From positions 185,693-249,692 of the forward strand of contig JBCDFS010000003.1 of the NCBI GenBank assembly GCA_039177645.1: a stretch of DNA of 64,000 nt, read 5' to 3'. This document shows positions 46,662-57,620 of this stretch, piece after piece. The notes beneath the pieces were generated by a model. That model had not been told where the DNA came from and did no database searches. It was given only the letters and a program-made list of their open reading frames with translations. The translations under genes were made by a program, and so were the position numbers. The DNA comes from Pseudomonadota bacterium (GTDB lineage: Bacteria; Pseudomonadota; Alphaproteobacteria; Rhodobacterales; Rhodobacteraceae). How positions within the stretch are numbered: position 1 is the first letter of the stretch; each line of letters starts with the position of its first letter.

Positions 46662-47077
46662 CGCAGGGCGGGTGCGTCGCCTGTCTCCGGCGCGGGGTTG
46701 AACAGCGAGGGCGAGCCTGCCGGGCCGCCATCGAACACGTCCGGGGCGGCGGGTAGCTCGATGATGTCGAGCCCTGGTTGGAGATCGGCGGGCGGAAGGG
46801 TGGTCAGGAGCGGCGCAGGCGCCTCCACGATCAGTGATCCGGTCTGACCCTGCGGCGCTGCGGGCGGTGCAACCGCCTCGGGTTGGGCGATCCCCTCTGG
46901 TGGCAGAGCCATTTCCGGTGAGACGCGCGGCGGCTGGAAGATCGTGGGCGGGTAGAGATACGTCACTGCAAGAAGACAAAGGAAGCAAAACGCGAGCCCC
47001 GCGGCCACACCGCGCCAGAAGCCGGTGCTTCCACCTTCCCGCACGGTCAAATATTTCTTGGAAGTGTCGCTATTCAC
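46658..47077 (-). CDS. Hypothetical Pro-rich protein with N-terminal TM anchor
   Basis: GFWRGVAAGLAFCFLCLLAVTYLY followed by a Pro/Ala-rich tail; divergent from trpG. Confidence 0.6.
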   Translation of the reverse strand: MNSDTSKKYLTVREGGSTGFWRGVAAGLAFCFLCLLAVTYLYPPTIFQPPRVSPEMALPPEGIAQPEAVAPPAAPQGQTGSLIVEAPAPLLTTLPPADLQPGLDIIELPAAPDVFDGGPAGSPSLFNPAPETGDAPALR

Positions 47078-47169
47078 TCAGCTAACCCTTGACCATACCA
47101 TCTGGTAATGGCCATGTATAATGCCCACGCTGACACGCGCCAGTCCCAACGCAAGGAGCGACGGCCGAG

Positions 47170-47760
47170 ATGTTGCTGCTGATAGATAACTACGATAGCT
47201 TTACCTATAATCTCTATCACTATCTCGGCGAACTAGGGGCAGAGGTCGTGGTACGGCGGAATGATGCCGTCGATGTTCAGGAAGCGATGGGGATGCGGCC
47301 GAGTTCGATCCTCCTCTCACCAGGCCCTTGCGATCCCGATCAGGCGGGCATTTGCCTCGCGTTGATTGCCGCCGCCGCTGAAACTCGCACACCCCTCGTG
47401 GGCGTCTGCTTGGGGCACCAAGCTATTGGGCAAGCCTTTGGCGGGCGCGTGGTAAGGGCGAACCAGATCATGCATGGCAAGATGGGCAAGGTGCGCCACG
47501 GCGGTGAGGGGATCTTCCGCGGTGTGCCCTCCCCATTCCTGGCAACGCGTTATCATTCGCTGATCGTGGACCGGGCCTCCCTCCCCGACACGCTTCAAGT
47601 CACGGCGGATCTGGCGGACGGCACCATTATGAGCCTGCGCCACCGCGATCTGCCGATTTACGGGATGCAGTTTCATCCCGAATCGATCGCCTCCGAGCAT
47701 GGCTACACGCTCTTGAGGAATTTTCTGAATATCGCGGACACTACCGGGATTGCGGCATGA
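47170..47760 (+). CDS. trpG: Anthranilate synthase component II (glutamine amidotransferase)
   Basis: [27 protein letters not shown] and QFHPES motifs. Confidence 0.95.
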   Translation: MLLLIDNYDSFTYNLYHYLGELGAEVVVRRNDAVDVQEAMGMRPSSILLSPGPCDPDQAGICLALIAAAAETRTPLVGVCLGHQAIGQAFGGRVVRANQIMHGKMGKVRHGGEGIFRGVPSPFLATRYHSLIVDRASLPDTLQVTADLADGTIMSLRHRDLPIYGMQFHPESIASEHGYTLLRNFLNIADTTGIAA

Positions 47761-48773
47761 GTGACCGGCTGAAGGCGCTGATCGGCCCTGCAGCCGATGC
47801 GCCGCTGACCCGCGCTAACGCAGAAGAGGCGTTTGGCGCGATCATGGGCGGCGACGCAACCCCAGCGCAGATCGGCGGTTTTCTAATGGCGTTGCGCGCG
47901 CGCGGCGAGAGCGTCACGGAGATTGCCGCGGCCGCGGCTGTGATGCGGGCGAAGTGTTTGGCCGTCTCGGCCCCAGAAGGTGCCATGGATATCGTTGGCA
48001 CAGGCGGCGACGGTAAGGGGACGCTCAACATCTCCACTGCCACGGCCTTTGTGGTAGCGGGTGCGGGCGTTCCGGTGGCAAAGCATGGCAACCGCAATCT
48101 TTCCTCGAAATCGGGCGCGGCGGACGCTCTGACTGCGCTCGGCGTCGATGTCATGGTCGGCCCCGAGGCGGTTGAACGCGCGCTTGCGGAGACCGGGATC
48201 GGTTTCATGATGGCGCCGATGCATCATCCGGCGATGAAGTATGTGATGCCCGCTCGGCTTGAGCTTGGCACGCGCACGATCTTCAACATTCTCGGGCCGC
48301 TGACCAACCCCGCCGGTGTCCGCCGCCAGCTCACCGGTGCCTACGCGCATGCTTTGATCCGACCGATGGCAGAGACTCTGGGCCTGCTCGGCTCGGAGCG
48401 CGCCTGGCTCGTGCACGGCAGCGACGGAACCGACGAAATCTCGATCTCGGGTGAGACCTACGTCGCCGAGCTTCGCGATGGCAACGTGACAGAGTTCACC
48501 ATTCACCCCGACGAGGCGGGACTGCCGGTGCATCCCTTCGAGGCCCTGATTGGCGGCACGCCCGCGGAAAACGGCGCGGCCCTTACGGCACTCCTTGGCG
48601 GCGCAAAATCGGCTTATCGCGATGCGGTTCTCTTGAACGCCGCGGCCGCGCTGATTATCGCCGACCGGGCGGCAAGCCTGCCAGACGGGGCCGCGCTCGC
48701 ACGAGAGAGCATTGACTCGGGAGCCGCAAAGTCGAAAGCAGAGGCCCTCGCCGGGCAGAAAGCGCCGGCGTAA
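47757..48773 (+). CDS. trpD: Anthranilate phosphoribosyltransferase
   Basis: [27 protein letters not shown] and [10 protein letters not shown] motifs. Confidence 0.97.
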   Translation: MSDRLKALIGPAADAPLTRANAEEAFGAIMGGDATPAQIGGFLMALRARGESVTEIAAAAAVMRAKCLAVSAPEGAMDIVGTGGDGKGTLNISTATAFVVAGAGVPVAKHGNRNLSSKSGAADALTALGVDVMVGPEAVERALAETGIGFMMAPMHHPAMKYVMPARLELGTRTIFNILGPLTNPAGVRRQLTGAYAHALIRPMAETLGLLGSERAWLVHGSDGTDEISISGETYVAELRDGNVTEFTIHPDEAGLPVHPFEALIGGTPAENGAALTALLGGAKSAYRDAVLLNAAAALIIADRAASLPDGAALARESIDSGAAKSKAEALAGQKAPA

Positions 48774-48789
48774 GCGGAGAGCGGGCCCT

Positions 48790-49599
48790 TTGAGCATTCT
48801 CGACGAGATCAAGACCTATAAGCTTGCGGATGTCGCGGAGCGCAAGGCGGCGCAACCGCTTTCGGAAATCGAAGGCATTGCCCGCGCGGCGGCCCCCGTG
48901 CGTCCTTTTGCGGCGGCGTTGCGTCAGGCGGCGGGAGCTGGCGATTACGGGCTGATTGCCGAGATCAAGAAGGCCAGTCCCTCCAAGGGTTTGATCCGGG
49001 AGGATTTCGACCCGGAGGCTCTGGCGCGCGCTTATGAGGCGGGGGGCGCGACCTGCCTTTCTGTGCTCACTGACGCCCCAAGTTTTCAAGGGCATGACAG
49101 CTATCTTGCTCAGGCACGCGCTGCGGTCTCATTGCCTGTCCTGCGCAAGGATTTCATTTACGATCCCTGGCAAGTGGTGGAGAGCCGCGCGCTTGGGGCC
49201 GATTGTATCCTGATCATCCTTGCGAGTGTCACCGACGGGGAGGCCGCGGAGATCGAGGCGGCTGCGCAGGAATGGGGGATGGATGCCCTCATCGAGGTGC
49301 ATACGCGGGAGGAAGTCGAGCGCGCGGCGCGCCTCACCTCGCCTCTGATCGGCATTAACAACCGCGATCTGAATACCTTCGTCACCTCGATTGAGACGAC
49401 CAAGAACCTTGCCCGCGGCGTTCCGACTGACAGGCTCATCGTATCGGAATCAGGCCTGGCGAGCCGGATGGATCTTGCGCAGATCGCGCGGTTTGGCGTG
49501 CGCTGCTTTCTGATCGGTGAGACGCTGATGCGCGAGGCCAATGTGGAAGGTGCGACGCGCGAACTGCTCCGCGCGCCCTGGCGCCCGCAGGCGGAATGA
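48790..49599 (+). CDS. trpC: Indole-3-glycerol phosphate synthase
   Basis: [30 protein letters not shown] and SESG motifs; TTG start at 48790. Confidence 0.96.
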   Translation: MSILDEIKTYKLADVAERKAAQPLSEIEGIARAAAPVRPFAAALRQAAGAGDYGLIAEIKKASPSKGLIREDFDPEALARAYEAGGATCLSVLTDAPSFQGHDSYLAQARAAVSLPVLRKDFIYDPWQVVESRALGADCILIILASVTDGEAAEIEAAAQEWGMDALIEVHTREEVERAARLTSPLIGINNRDLNTFVTSIETTKNLARGVPTDRLIVSESGLASRMDLAQIARFGVRCFLIGETLMREANVEGATRELLRAPWRPQAE

Positions 49600-50075
49600 G
49601 CGGTCCTCTCACGCATTTCGACGCAGAAGGCGCTGCGCATATGGTCGATATCTCGGCCAAGCCGCAGACCCAACGGATCGCCATCGCCCGCTGCGCTGTG
49701 ACCATGGCGGTTGAGACGCTTGCGCTCGTTACCGCCGGGACCGCGAAAAAAGGGGATGTTCTTGGCGTTGCCCGGCTTGCAGGCATCATGGCTGCCAAGA
49801 AGACCGCCGACCTTATCCCGCTCTGCCACCCGATCGCGCTCTCCAAAGTGAGCGTCGATTTCGAGGTGAACGCCGCGGCAAGCCGGGTTGAGATCGAGGC
49901 GCAGGTTCGTACCACGGGGCCAACGGGCGTTGAGATGGAGGCCCTGACGGCCGTCTCGGTCGCGGCGCTCACCATCTACGATATGCTCAAGGCCGCAGAT
50001 AAGGCGATGGTGATCGGGGAGATCCGCGTCTCGCTCAAAGACGGCGGCAAGTCGGGCCGGTTCGAGCAGGAATAG
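49596..50075 (+). CDS. moaC: Cyclic pyranopterin monophosphate synthase
   Basis: MVDIS.K, KKGDVL, LIPLCH and TGVEMEAL motifs. Confidence 0.97.
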   Translation: MSGPLTHFDAEGAAHMVDISAKPQTQRIAIARCAVTMAVETLALVTAGTAKKGDVLGVARLAGIMAAKKTADLIPLCHPIALSKVSVDFEVNAAASRVEIEAQVRTTGPTGVEMEALTAVSVAALTIYDMLKAADKAMVIGEIRVSLKDGGKSGRFEQE

Positions 50076-50088
50076 GACAGAGTGCGGG

Positions 50089-51276
50089 ATGATAAGCGTC
50101 ACGGAAGCCCATGCCCGGCTGATGGCGCTTTTTGAGCCGCTGGGCCCGGAGGACGTCGCGGTCGATGCCGCCGCAGGTCGGGTTTTGGCCTACGATCTTC
50201 GGGCAAATCGGACCCAGCCCCCCTTTCCGTCCTCAGCGATGGATGGCTATGCGCTGCGCAGCATAGAGGGGCGCGCTGGCGCTGCGTTCGAAGTGGTGGG
50301 CGAAGCGGCAGCCGGGCGACGCTATCCCAAACCTGTGAAACCCCGCGAAGCGGTGCGGATCTTTACAGGCGCGCCGGTGCCCGACGGCGCAGATACGGTG
50401 GTGATCCAGGAAAACACGCATGCCGCAGACGGGAGGGTCACGCTCACCGAGGACGCTGTGATCGGCGCGCATATCCGCCCGGCAGGCATTGATTTCAAAA
50501 AGGGAGATCCGCTTCGGGCGCCGAGACGGTTGAGTTCCGCCGATGTGGCTTTGATCGGTGCGATGAACGTGGCACACGTTCCGGTGATGCGGAAGCCGAT
50601 TGTCGCATTGATCGCTACCGGGAACGAACTGGTCTACCCAGGAGAGACGCCTCGCCCGGATCAGATCGTCGCGTCGAACCATCTGGGCCTGAAAGCGATG
50701 CTGAGCGCGCGCGGCGTGGACGTCCGGGTGCTCCCGATCGCGCGGGACAATGCAGAGAGCCTCGCCGCGAGCTTTGCCTGCGCCTCGGATGCAGACGCGA
50801 TCATCACCATCGGCGGCGCCTCCGTCGGAGACTACGACCTGGTTCAAAGCACAGCGCTCAGCGAGGGTCTGGACCTCGGTTTCTACAAGATTGCGATGCG
50901 CCCGGGAAAGCCGCTCATGGCGGGCAAGCTGCGGGGCATCCCCTTGGTCGGCCTGCCCGGGAACCCTGTTTCGGCCCATGTCTGCGCGCAGGTTTTGCTT
51001 TTGCCCGCCATTGATCGCATGCTTGGCTTGCCCTCCGCGCTCGCCCAAACCCATCCTGCACGGCTCAAAGGCACGTTGGGAAAAAATGGCCAGCGTCAGC
51101 ACTATCTTCGCGCCAAAGTGGAAGTCGGCCTCGATGGCTGGCTCTGCACGAGCTTCGACCAGCAAGACAGCTCTCTGCTTTCCGTCCTTTCGAACGCGAA
51201 TGCACTCCTGGTCCGTCCCCCTCACGACCCACCGAAAGAAGACGGGAGCAAAGTAGAAATTCTCTGGCTGAGCTAA
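50089..51276 (+). CDS. moeA: Molybdopterin molybdotransferase
   Basis: SAMDGYA, RIFTGA, ATGNEL, GGASVG and RPGKP...GLPGNP motifs. Confidence 0.95.
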   Translation: MISVTEAHARLMALFEPLGPEDVAVDAAAGRVLAYDLRANRTQPPFPSSAMDGYALRSIEGRAGAAFEVVGEAAAGRRYPKPVKPREAVRIFTGAPVPDGADTVVIQENTHAADGRVTLTEDAVIGAHIRPAGIDFKKGDPLRAPRRLSSADVALIGAMNVAHVPVMRKPIVALIATGNELVYPGETPRPDQIVASNHLGLKAMLSARGVDVRVLPIARDNAESLAASFACASDADAIITIGGASVGDYDLVQSTALSEGLDLGFYKIAMRPGKPLMAGKLRGIPLVGLPGNPVSAHVCAQVLLLPAIDRMLGLPSALAQTHPARLKGTLGKNGQRQHYLRAKVEVGLDGWLCTSFDQQDSSLLSVLSNANALLVRPPHDPPKEDGSKVEILWLS

Positions 51277-51304
51277 CCCAAAGGTTGCATCCCGCTTTCG
51301 ATTC

Positions 51305-51333
51305 TTGACACAAAACGAGAACGTTAGTAGAAC
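51305..51333 (+). promoter_or_regulatory. lexA promoter: -35 TTGACA plus alphaproteobacterial SOS box
   Basis: TTGACA at 51305-51310; GAAC-gttagta-GAAC at 51319-51333, 29 bp upstream of the lexA ATG. Confidence 0.88.
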
Positions 51334-51361
51334 GACAGACGAGAGGGCAAAGGATCGGGCA

Positions 51362-52051
51362 ATGCTGACACGCAAACAACACGACCTGTTGAAGTTTATC
51401 CATAAGCGTATGCAGCGAGACGGCGTGCCGCCCTCCTTCGACGAGATGAAGGATGCGCTTGACCTAAGGTCGAAGTCCGGGATCCACCGCCTGATTACAG
51501 CCCTTGAAGAACGTGGCTTCGTGCGACGACTTGCGCATCGTGCGAGGGCCATTGAAATCCTGAAATTGCCGGAAAACATGGACGATGACACCGGCTTCCA
51601 ACCACGTGTCGTCGAGAGCAGCCCGATGGATCGTCCTGCGACATCTATGCCCGCGGCGGATATCGGAGCCATCGAGATCCCGGTTATGGGCCGTATTGCC
51701 GCCGGTGTGCCGATTGCCGCGATTCAAGACCGCTCTCATAACGTAGCCATACCTGCTTCCATGCTCAAATCGAGCAATCGTCATTACGCTTTGACAGTGA
51801 GGGGGGATTCGATGATCGAAGCGGGGATCAATAACGGCGATGTCGTTGTGATCCAGGAACAGGCCAGCGCGACGAATGGCGATATCGTTGTGGCCTTGGT
51901 TGAAGATCAGGAAGCAACACTCAAGACGTTTCGGCGCCGTGGGTCGACTATCGCCCTTGAAGCGGCGAACCCATCCTACGAGACCCGGCTCTATCAGGAC
52001 CATCAGGTGAAGGTTCAAGGAAAGTTAGTTGGACTGATCCGCACCTACTGA
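51362..52051 (+). CDS. lexA: SOS repressor LexA
   Basis: [27 protein letters not shown] cleavage site, GDSM (Ser) and ATLK (Lys) motifs. Confidence 0.97.
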   Translation: MLTRKQHDLLKFIHKRMQRDGVPPSFDEMKDALDLRSKSGIHRLITALEERGFVRRLAHRARAIEILKLPENMDDDTGFQPRVVESSPMDRPATSMPAADIGAIEIPVMGRIAAGVPIAAIQDRSHNVAIPASMLKSSNRHYALTVRGDSMIEAGINNGDVVVIQEQASATNGDIVVALVEDQEATLKTFRRRGSTIALEAANPSYETRLYQDHQVKVQGKLVGLIRTY

Positions 52052-52383
52052 CGTGTAGACGGCACGCGAAGGGGACGAGTCTCTCGGGCTGGATTCGGGA
52101 CGGCGGACTTAGTTGTAGCGACTTGCGTTGATTTCGATTCGTTGATGCGCGGCCCCCAGTGAAAGCGCATTTCTCTTCCATTCCCTTCACCCGTTTGAAG
52201 CGTTTGTGGACCTGTTTCGCGCTCCCACAAGGCGAAATCGGTTAGTCGAGTGGCATTTTCGTGTAAGTAGTTTGCGATGAGGTGCCTCAATTCAGCTGTC
52301 TGTCGCTTCTCGCGGGACAAGCCACGGGCATAGCGCCTGCGCACTGATTTCTTTTAGCTCCTCAATTGTTCAGGCAGCCCGCT

Positions 52384-52938
52384 TTAACGGAGGAGACGCG
52401 CTTGAAGCGCAGGATCAGGGAGCGCGCACATATCTGCCCGTCCGAACAGACGGTAGCGATTGAGCGCAATTCGGCGATAGATCCAATCCTGCGCGCCGCG
52501 CGGCAGGATTGCAAGGGGAGCAGCCATTCTGCCGACACCGCCAACCGTGCGGCCTACTTTAATGATGGCCTCTAGCGACGCATAGGCTCTGCCCTCCTTT
52601 AGGAGGAGCCACGATTCAGGATCGCCAGGCTCAAGGCCGTAATGCCTCAGTAGCGCTGCGCCCAAACGGGTTTCGATCGGGCAAATACGAAACGCCCCTT
52701 TTCGATCCAGTCGGCTGATGACCCGCGCACCCTGGGAGCACAACATACAGGCGCCATCCATAACGACGACGGGACCCTCATCGTTGAAGGCCGGAACAGC
52801 GGGATCGTTTCTGTAGGAATAGGCAGGGCGTTTCAGGGGATGAGCCAAGACAATCCCTTTCTTTCGTTTCGACCGGGTTCGTTGATATGTATCTTGGGCG
52901 TCATTCCAGTCCCAATTCAATAGACGCGTGAAGCGCAT
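52384..52938 (-). CDS. DCC1/YuxK-like thiol-disulfide oxidoreductase
   Basis: MDGACMLC (DxxCxxC), Y..IA.NRYRLFG...C; start uncertain. Confidence 0.8.
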   Translation of the reverse strand: MRFTRLLNWDWNDAQDTYQRTRSKRKKGIVLAHPLKRPAYSYRNDPAVPAFNDEGPVVVMDGACMLCSQGARVISRLDRKGAFRICPIETRLGAALLRHYGLEPGDPESWLLLKEGRAYASLEAIIKVGRTVGGVGRMAAPLAILPRGAQDWIYRRIALNRYRLFGRADMCALPDPALQARLLR

Positions 52939-53049
52939 CGTCTTCCCACGGTTGTGGTTGAAAGTTACGCGCGACCGATGTTGGATTTGAAACCGAATGC
53001 TACTGCGGAACACAGTTAGTTCAGGAATATGCCCAGCTCGCTTGGAAAT

Positions 53050-53345
53050 GCAGGCTTCTGTTGCCAGGTGCCTGCGGACCCCGCCTAACGCTGCAAGGCG
53101 CTAGGGCTTCAGATTTCGGTCTTTGTCACCGCATTAAGCAGCGACGCGAACCGGAGCATAATTGTCGTTGGCAACTATACTTAGGTGAACCGATAACGGT
53201 GGTATCTCACCGAGTAAAAGCTAACCCCTTTGGGCGTCCGTCGATCCTATTTCGGCCCCTCGGGTCCTCCAACGAAGGAGCTTTGGTGGAGCCGCCGGGT
53301 ACCGCCCCCGGGTCCGATCCGCTTATTACGAGCGCGTTTATCACC
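53050..53345 (-). ncRNA. ssrA: Permuted two-piece tmRNA; tag ANDNYAPVRVAA
   Basis: Acceptor piece ends GGGGGCGGTACCCGGCGGCTCCACCA at 53284; coding piece starts GGGGCCGAAATAGGATCGAC at 53259; tag reading frame 53172-53134 GCC AAC GAC AAT TAT GCT CCG GTT CGC GTC GCT GCT TAA. Outer ends approximate. Confidence 0.93.
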
Positions 53346-53427
53346 ATAGTCCCGTTTCCGAGACACTCAGAACATAGTGCAATCGGCGGAGGATTTGAAG
53401 CCCTGCCAAGTGCAGGGCGCCCGACGG

Positions 53428-54120
53428 TCAATCGAAGGGTTCAAGAGAGCTCAGCGCGCTAACACCGACCTCGCGCACGAGTTTTCGCCGCATCGCACGC
53501 TCGAAATCGCTGTGGTTTTCGGCGAGTTCGACAAAAGATCCAGGCCCCTGAATGACAAACTGCTCGTAGTAAACCTGCAAGACGTCGCGGTTATGGCCGA
53601 TCACCAATCCGTTCACGATCACATCTTGCAGGATGACGTTACCGCGCAAATCGCCAGGCCAAAGCCCATCATTGTTCGTGCCGTCGCCAGAGACATCGAG
53701 CTTGCGCTCCAGGCAATCCGGCGCCGCTTGTAGAACACGGCCACCAAATGCCATCGCGGCTCCAATGGCGGTCGGTAGATTTGCATGGGTGCGCGGCATT
53801 TGGAGAACGCGGCCCGCGATCTCATCCAAGTCGGCGGCCTCTGCGACCATGACCCAGTCCTGGCGGATCATCTGCTGGTGGCGACCGCTCCATTCGTAGA
53901 TCAAGAGCGCGACCGTTTGTCCGGGTGCGGAGAAAAAGGCCTCCCGCACTTCGGGAGCTGTCAGGGCGGCTGCAAGCCCCTCTTTCTGCAATTCATACTC
54001 GAACGTGTCGACCGACGACGAGACGTCCAAAGCCAAGGCGAGTGCTAGACGGCACGACGACGCTTCGGCTGTGACTGGCAATGCAAGTGCCAGACCTAAA
54101 GCTACCAGTCGTCGTGCCAT
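53428..54120 (-). CDS. DUF1194 (VWA-like) secreted protein
   Basis: Signal peptide; LALALDVSSSVD..EY.LQ.EGLA.AL, EWSG, TAIG, DVSGDG.NN and GPGSFV motifs. Confidence 0.88.
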   Translation of the reverse strand: MARRLVALGLALALPVTAEASSCRLALALALDVSSSVDTFEYELQKEGLAAALTAPEVREAFFSAPGQTVALLIYEWSGRHQQMIRQDWVMVAEAADLDEIAGRVLQMPRTHANLPTAIGAAMAFGGRVLQAAPDCLERKLDVSGDGTNNDGLWPGDLRGNVILQDVIVNGLVIGHNRDVLQVYYEQFVIQGPGSFVELAENHSDFERAMRRKLVREVGVSALSSLEPFD

Positions 54121-54125
54121 GCGCT

Positions 54126-54554
54126 TCACCAGCTTCCCGTATTCTCCATGCTTGCCCAGGGCTCTGCTGGGGCAAGGGCCTCGCCAATCTGAAGAAGCTC
54201 CACCGAAATTCCATCCGGCGACCGAACGAACGCCATATGTCCGTCCCGAGGCGGACGATTGATCGTCACGCCGGCATCCTGCAGTTTTTCGCACATCTCG
54301 TAGATGTTCTCGACACCATAAGCGAGATGACCGAAATTGCGACCTCCGGTGTAGTCTTCACCGCTCCCCCAGTTGTAGGTGAGTTCTACAGCGGCATTTT
54401 CTTGTCCAGGTGGCGCGAGAAACACCAAAGTGAATTTACCGCCCTCGTTGTCGATCCGGCGGGTTTCGGTCAGGCCAAGGAGATCGCAATAAAACTTCTT
54501 GGACTCGTCGATATCTTTAACCCGGACCATGGTGTGGAGATATTTGATCTTCAT
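54126..54554 (-). CDS. gloA: Lactoylglutathione lyase (glyoxalase I, VOC)
   Basis: YLHTMVRV, ELTYNW, FGHLAY and FVRSPDGISVEL motifs. Confidence 0.85.
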   Translation of the reverse strand: MKIKYLHTMVRVKDIDESKKFYCDLLGLTETRRIDNEGGKFTLVFLAPPGQENAAVELTYNWGSGEDYTGGRNFGHLAYGVENIYEMCEKLQDAGVTINRPPRDGHMAFVRSPDGISVELLQIGEALAPAEPWASMENTGSW

Positions 54555-54629
54555 ATTGCGTTTCCCGCCCCCTAGTATGCAACATATAGGCAAACCGAAT
54601 CCGTTTCTCGGTATGCTAACAGGATACAT

Positions 54630-55550
54630 ATGTCGTTAAGCCCTGATCAGAAGGCCGAGATCGCCGCACAACGCCAAACTAGCGCGCCGACACGCCGCGC
54701 AACTGCTGCGGGAATCGAGCAACACCTCTATGAACCCATCCCGGTGCTGGATCACGGCTTCGTCCGCGTGATCGACTATATGGGCGATGATGCAGCGATC
54801 GTCCAAGCCGCACGGGTCTCTTACGGAGCGGGGACGCGAAAGGCCCGCGATGATGCTGGTCTCATCCGCTACTTGATGCGGCATTGGCATTCGACTCCGT
54901 TTGAGATGTGCGAGATCAAACTGCATGTGAAATTGCCGGTCTTTGTGGCGCGGCAGTGGATCCGGCACCGCACGGCAAACGTGAATGAGTATTCGGCGCG
55001 CTACTCGATCCTCGACCGCGAGTTTTACGTTCCTGCCCCGGAACATCTGGCAGCCCAGTCTGCGTCGAACAATCAAGGCCGTGGCGCTTGCTTGCCCGAA
55101 GCAGAGGCCGCGCGGGTTCTGGAAATCCTACGCACCGATTCCGGTCGCGCGTACGACCATTATGAGTCGATGCTCTCGTCCAATGGGCAAGTGGGCCTTG
55201 CGCGGGAACTGGCACGGATGAACCTGCCAGCGAATATCTACACGCAGTGGTATTGGAAGGTCGATCTGCACAACCTTTTTCATTTCCTTCGACTGAGAGC
55301 GGATGCGCATGCCCAGTATGAGATTCGGGTCTATGCCGAGGCGATTTCGGAGGTTGTTCGCAACTGGGTGCCTGCAGCCTGGGGCGCCTTTGAAGACTAT
55401 CGCCTGAACGCTGTTTCATTTTCAGGGAACGGCATGGCCTGCCTGCGCCGAATGCTGGCTGGCGAAACTGTGACTCAAGAAGACAGCGGTATGAGCAAGG
55501 GCGAATGGCGGGAGTTTGAGGCGTCGATCGCCGATCCGAACGCAAGCTAG
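54630..55550 (+). CDS. thyX: Flavin-dependent thymidylate synthase
   Basis: HSTPFE and [19 protein letters not shown] (RHRx7S) motifs. Confidence 0.96.
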   Translation: MSLSPDQKAEIAAQRQTSAPTRRATAAGIEQHLYEPIPVLDHGFVRVIDYMGDDAAIVQAARVSYGAGTRKARDDAGLIRYLMRHWHSTPFEMCEIKLHVKLPVFVARQWIRHRTANVNEYSARYSILDREFYVPAPEHLAAQSASNNQGRGACLPEAEAARVLEILRTDSGRAYDHYESMLSSNGQVGLARELARMNLPANIYTQWYWKVDLHNLFHFLRLRADAHAQYEIRVYAEAISEVVRNWVPAAWGAFEDYRLNAVSFSGNGMACLRRMLAGETVTQEDSGMSKGEWREFEASIADPNAS

Positions 55551-55713
55551 GTGTTTGCGCGCGTAACCCGACTCCAATTGGCTACGATCCGAGTTCCAAA
55601 TCGGCGCTGATCTTGTATACAGCCTTCCTGAGGCTAATATACACCAACCGGACACGGGTTATTGACACAACCCGTATAGAGCCGGTCGAGAAACCACCGG
55701 AGTAGCTTGCAAC

Positions 55714-56379
55714 ATGTCCTGGACCGACGAACGGGTAGAATTGCTGAAGGCCATGTGGACCGAAGGCAAGAGCGCCAGCCAGATTGCTAAGGAACTGGGC
55801 GGCGTGACCCGGAATGCGGTGATCGGGAAGGTGCACCGGTTGGGCCTTTCGAACCGGGTGGGCAACGAACAGACCGCCGAAACAAGCGAAGCGCCCGCTG
55901 AACCGGCTCAGACAGCCAAGTCGACCGCGTCGGACGCACCAGAGAGTTCCACAAGTCGCGCCGAGACCCCATCTCAGGATTCAGACACATCTATGCCATC
56001 GCCAGATCCCTCTAACGGCTCGCTGAAGAATGGAAGCGACGTCTCCGGGCGGTCCCAGCCATCAGGTATTCAGCCCGCCATGAACCGTCCCATCCGCCCT
56101 GTGAACGGGCATCCATTGCCGCCGCAACCTGCAGGCGCAGAAATGAGCGAGGAAACGCTAGCCAATCTCGCCGAGGCGGCGAAACGAGCCAAACGGCTGA
56201 CGCTTATGCAGCTCACCGAACGGACGTGCAAATGGCCCGTGGGCGATCCGGCAACCGATGATTTTTGGTTCTGCGGTCTCCCCGCGGTTCCCGGTAAGCC
56301 ATATTGCGAGACACATGTCAGTGTCGCGTTCCAACCAATGTCCTCTCGTCGGGATCGCCGGTCGTCCGGGTCGAAGTGA
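55714..56379 (+). CDS. gcrA: Cell-cycle regulator GcrA
   Basis: MSWTDERVELLK...GVTRNAVIGKVHRLGL and LTERTCKWP.GDP...FCG...YC..H motifs. Confidence 0.96.
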   Translation: MSWTDERVELLKAMWTEGKSASQIAKELGGVTRNAVIGKVHRLGLSNRVGNEQTAETSEAPAEPAQTAKSTASDAPESSTSRAETPSQDSDTSMPSPDPSNGSLKNGSDVSGRSQPSGIQPAMNRPIRPVNGHPLPPQPAGAEMSEETLANLAEAAKRAKRLTLMQLTERTCKWPVGDPATDDFWFCGLPAVPGKPYCETHVSVAFQPMSSRRDRRSSGSK

Positions 56380-57463
56380 GCTCATTGTTTGAGCCGGTAT
56401 AAAGGGCAGAGATCCGCCTGAGGAATGCATCCGGTCCGAGCGGTCCTTCAGCGGTCTCTCGCGCCGCAGACCCGACGCGTGCCACAATTTCGCGATCATC
56501 CAATAGCCGACTGAACAATGCCTGCATCGCGGGCGGATGATTGGCATCAATGACGAAACCGTCCTGGCCGTCCGTAACGCAGCCCGCGCTTCCGCACTGC
56601 GTTGAAAAGACGGGAACAAGACCGTAGGCCATTGCCTCCAGCGGCGCCATGCCAAGTGGCTCCCGATCCGCAGGCAGCACGCAGATATCGTGCTGCGCAT
56701 AGATACCCGGCATCTCGGAATAGGGCACATCTGCGCGGATTTCGACGCGCATCCGGCCTCCGGTTTCGGCGGCCCGGGCAGCTAGGCTTTCCCAATGTTG
56801 GAGGCTTCCTCCTGACGCGCGTTGAGACGCCGAACCGACGAGGGTGAGCTGCATTTCGGACGGCCGGTTCAGCCCATCCAGCGCCGAGACGAGCTTGTCT
56901 TGGTTCTTGCGCGGCTGATGGAGCTTACCCACGCAGAGGATGCGCAAGGGCACCTGATGGGGAGCCGCACGCGCTTTCGGATTCATCGTCGCCTCCACAG
57001 GCCACGGCAGATAGATTGCCTGTTTGTCGGCAGCACCAGTTGGTGAGAGCCCCGGGACAGGCGTGATCCGGCGCCGAGGCTGGCCATGGAGAAGGCGCTC
57101 GATTTGGCGGCCCCATTCTGGACGTTTTGTCACCGGGCTGAGACCATAAGAATAGCTTCGTACGCCGAAAATACGCGCGAAGTAGCCGACTTGGCGGGAG
57201 AGTGGCTTACAGGCGCGAATAAAAATGAGATCCGGGTTTATCGCGCGCACCGAGGCCCAGACCTCTCTCCGGGATGCGGAAGCTGGGATCAAGCGTGGAG
57301 TGACGACAGAGTGATCCTCAATCGTGCCTTCGCCTGGCGAAAACACATGCACCTTACAACCCGCCCGGTCGAGCGCGCGAACCGCGACCGCAAGATTGGT
57401 ATGAAACCTCGGCACGACAAAGAGCAAGGATCGCGGCAGGCGAAGATTGTCGGCATCCAGCAT
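56318..57463 (-). CDS. Glycosyltransferase family 4
   Basis: VGKLHQPRKNQ and EPLGMAPLEAMAYG (ExxGxxxxEA) motifs. Confidence 0.85.
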   Translation of the reverse strand: MLDADNLRLPRSLLFVVPRFHTNLAVAVRALDRAGCKVHVFSPGEGTIEDHSVVTPRLIPASASRREVWASVRAINPDLIFIRACKPLSRQVGYFARIFGVRSYSYGLSPVTKRPEWGRQIERLLHGQPRRRITPVPGLSPTGAADKQAIYLPWPVEATMNPKARAAPHQVPLRILCVGKLHQPRKNQDKLVSALDGLNRPSEMQLTLVGSASQRASGGSLQHWESLAARAAETGGRMRVEIRADVPYSEMPGIYAQHDICVLPADREPLGMAPLEAMAYGLVPVFSTQCGSAGCVTDGQDGFVIDANHPPAMQALFSRLLDDREIVARVGSAARETAEGPLGPDAFLRRISALYTGSNNELTSTRTTGDPDERTLVGTRH

Positions 57464-57620
57464 GGCAGCGTCTCCGCTTAGGCGCTATACGGTCTAGCAA
57501 TGCGTTGATCGGTGTGTCCAGCGGCGGCAGCGCTTTAGCGCGATGCAGCTGCGACACAGCCGTTTTACGCGTTATGGCTATGCAAGCTCGGGGCATCGTT
57601 TGGGAGGCTGAGAGAACGGA

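Noticed and set aside
52045-52344. 99-aa minus-strand ORF after lexA
   Set aside because: No motif, RBS poorly spaced, low-information C-terminus; possibly a remnant.
53008-53022. GAAC-N7-GTTC upstream of the DCC gene
   Set aside because: Inverted rather than direct repeat; fits neither the alphaproteobacterial (direct, N7) nor the Firmicute (N4) LexA box.
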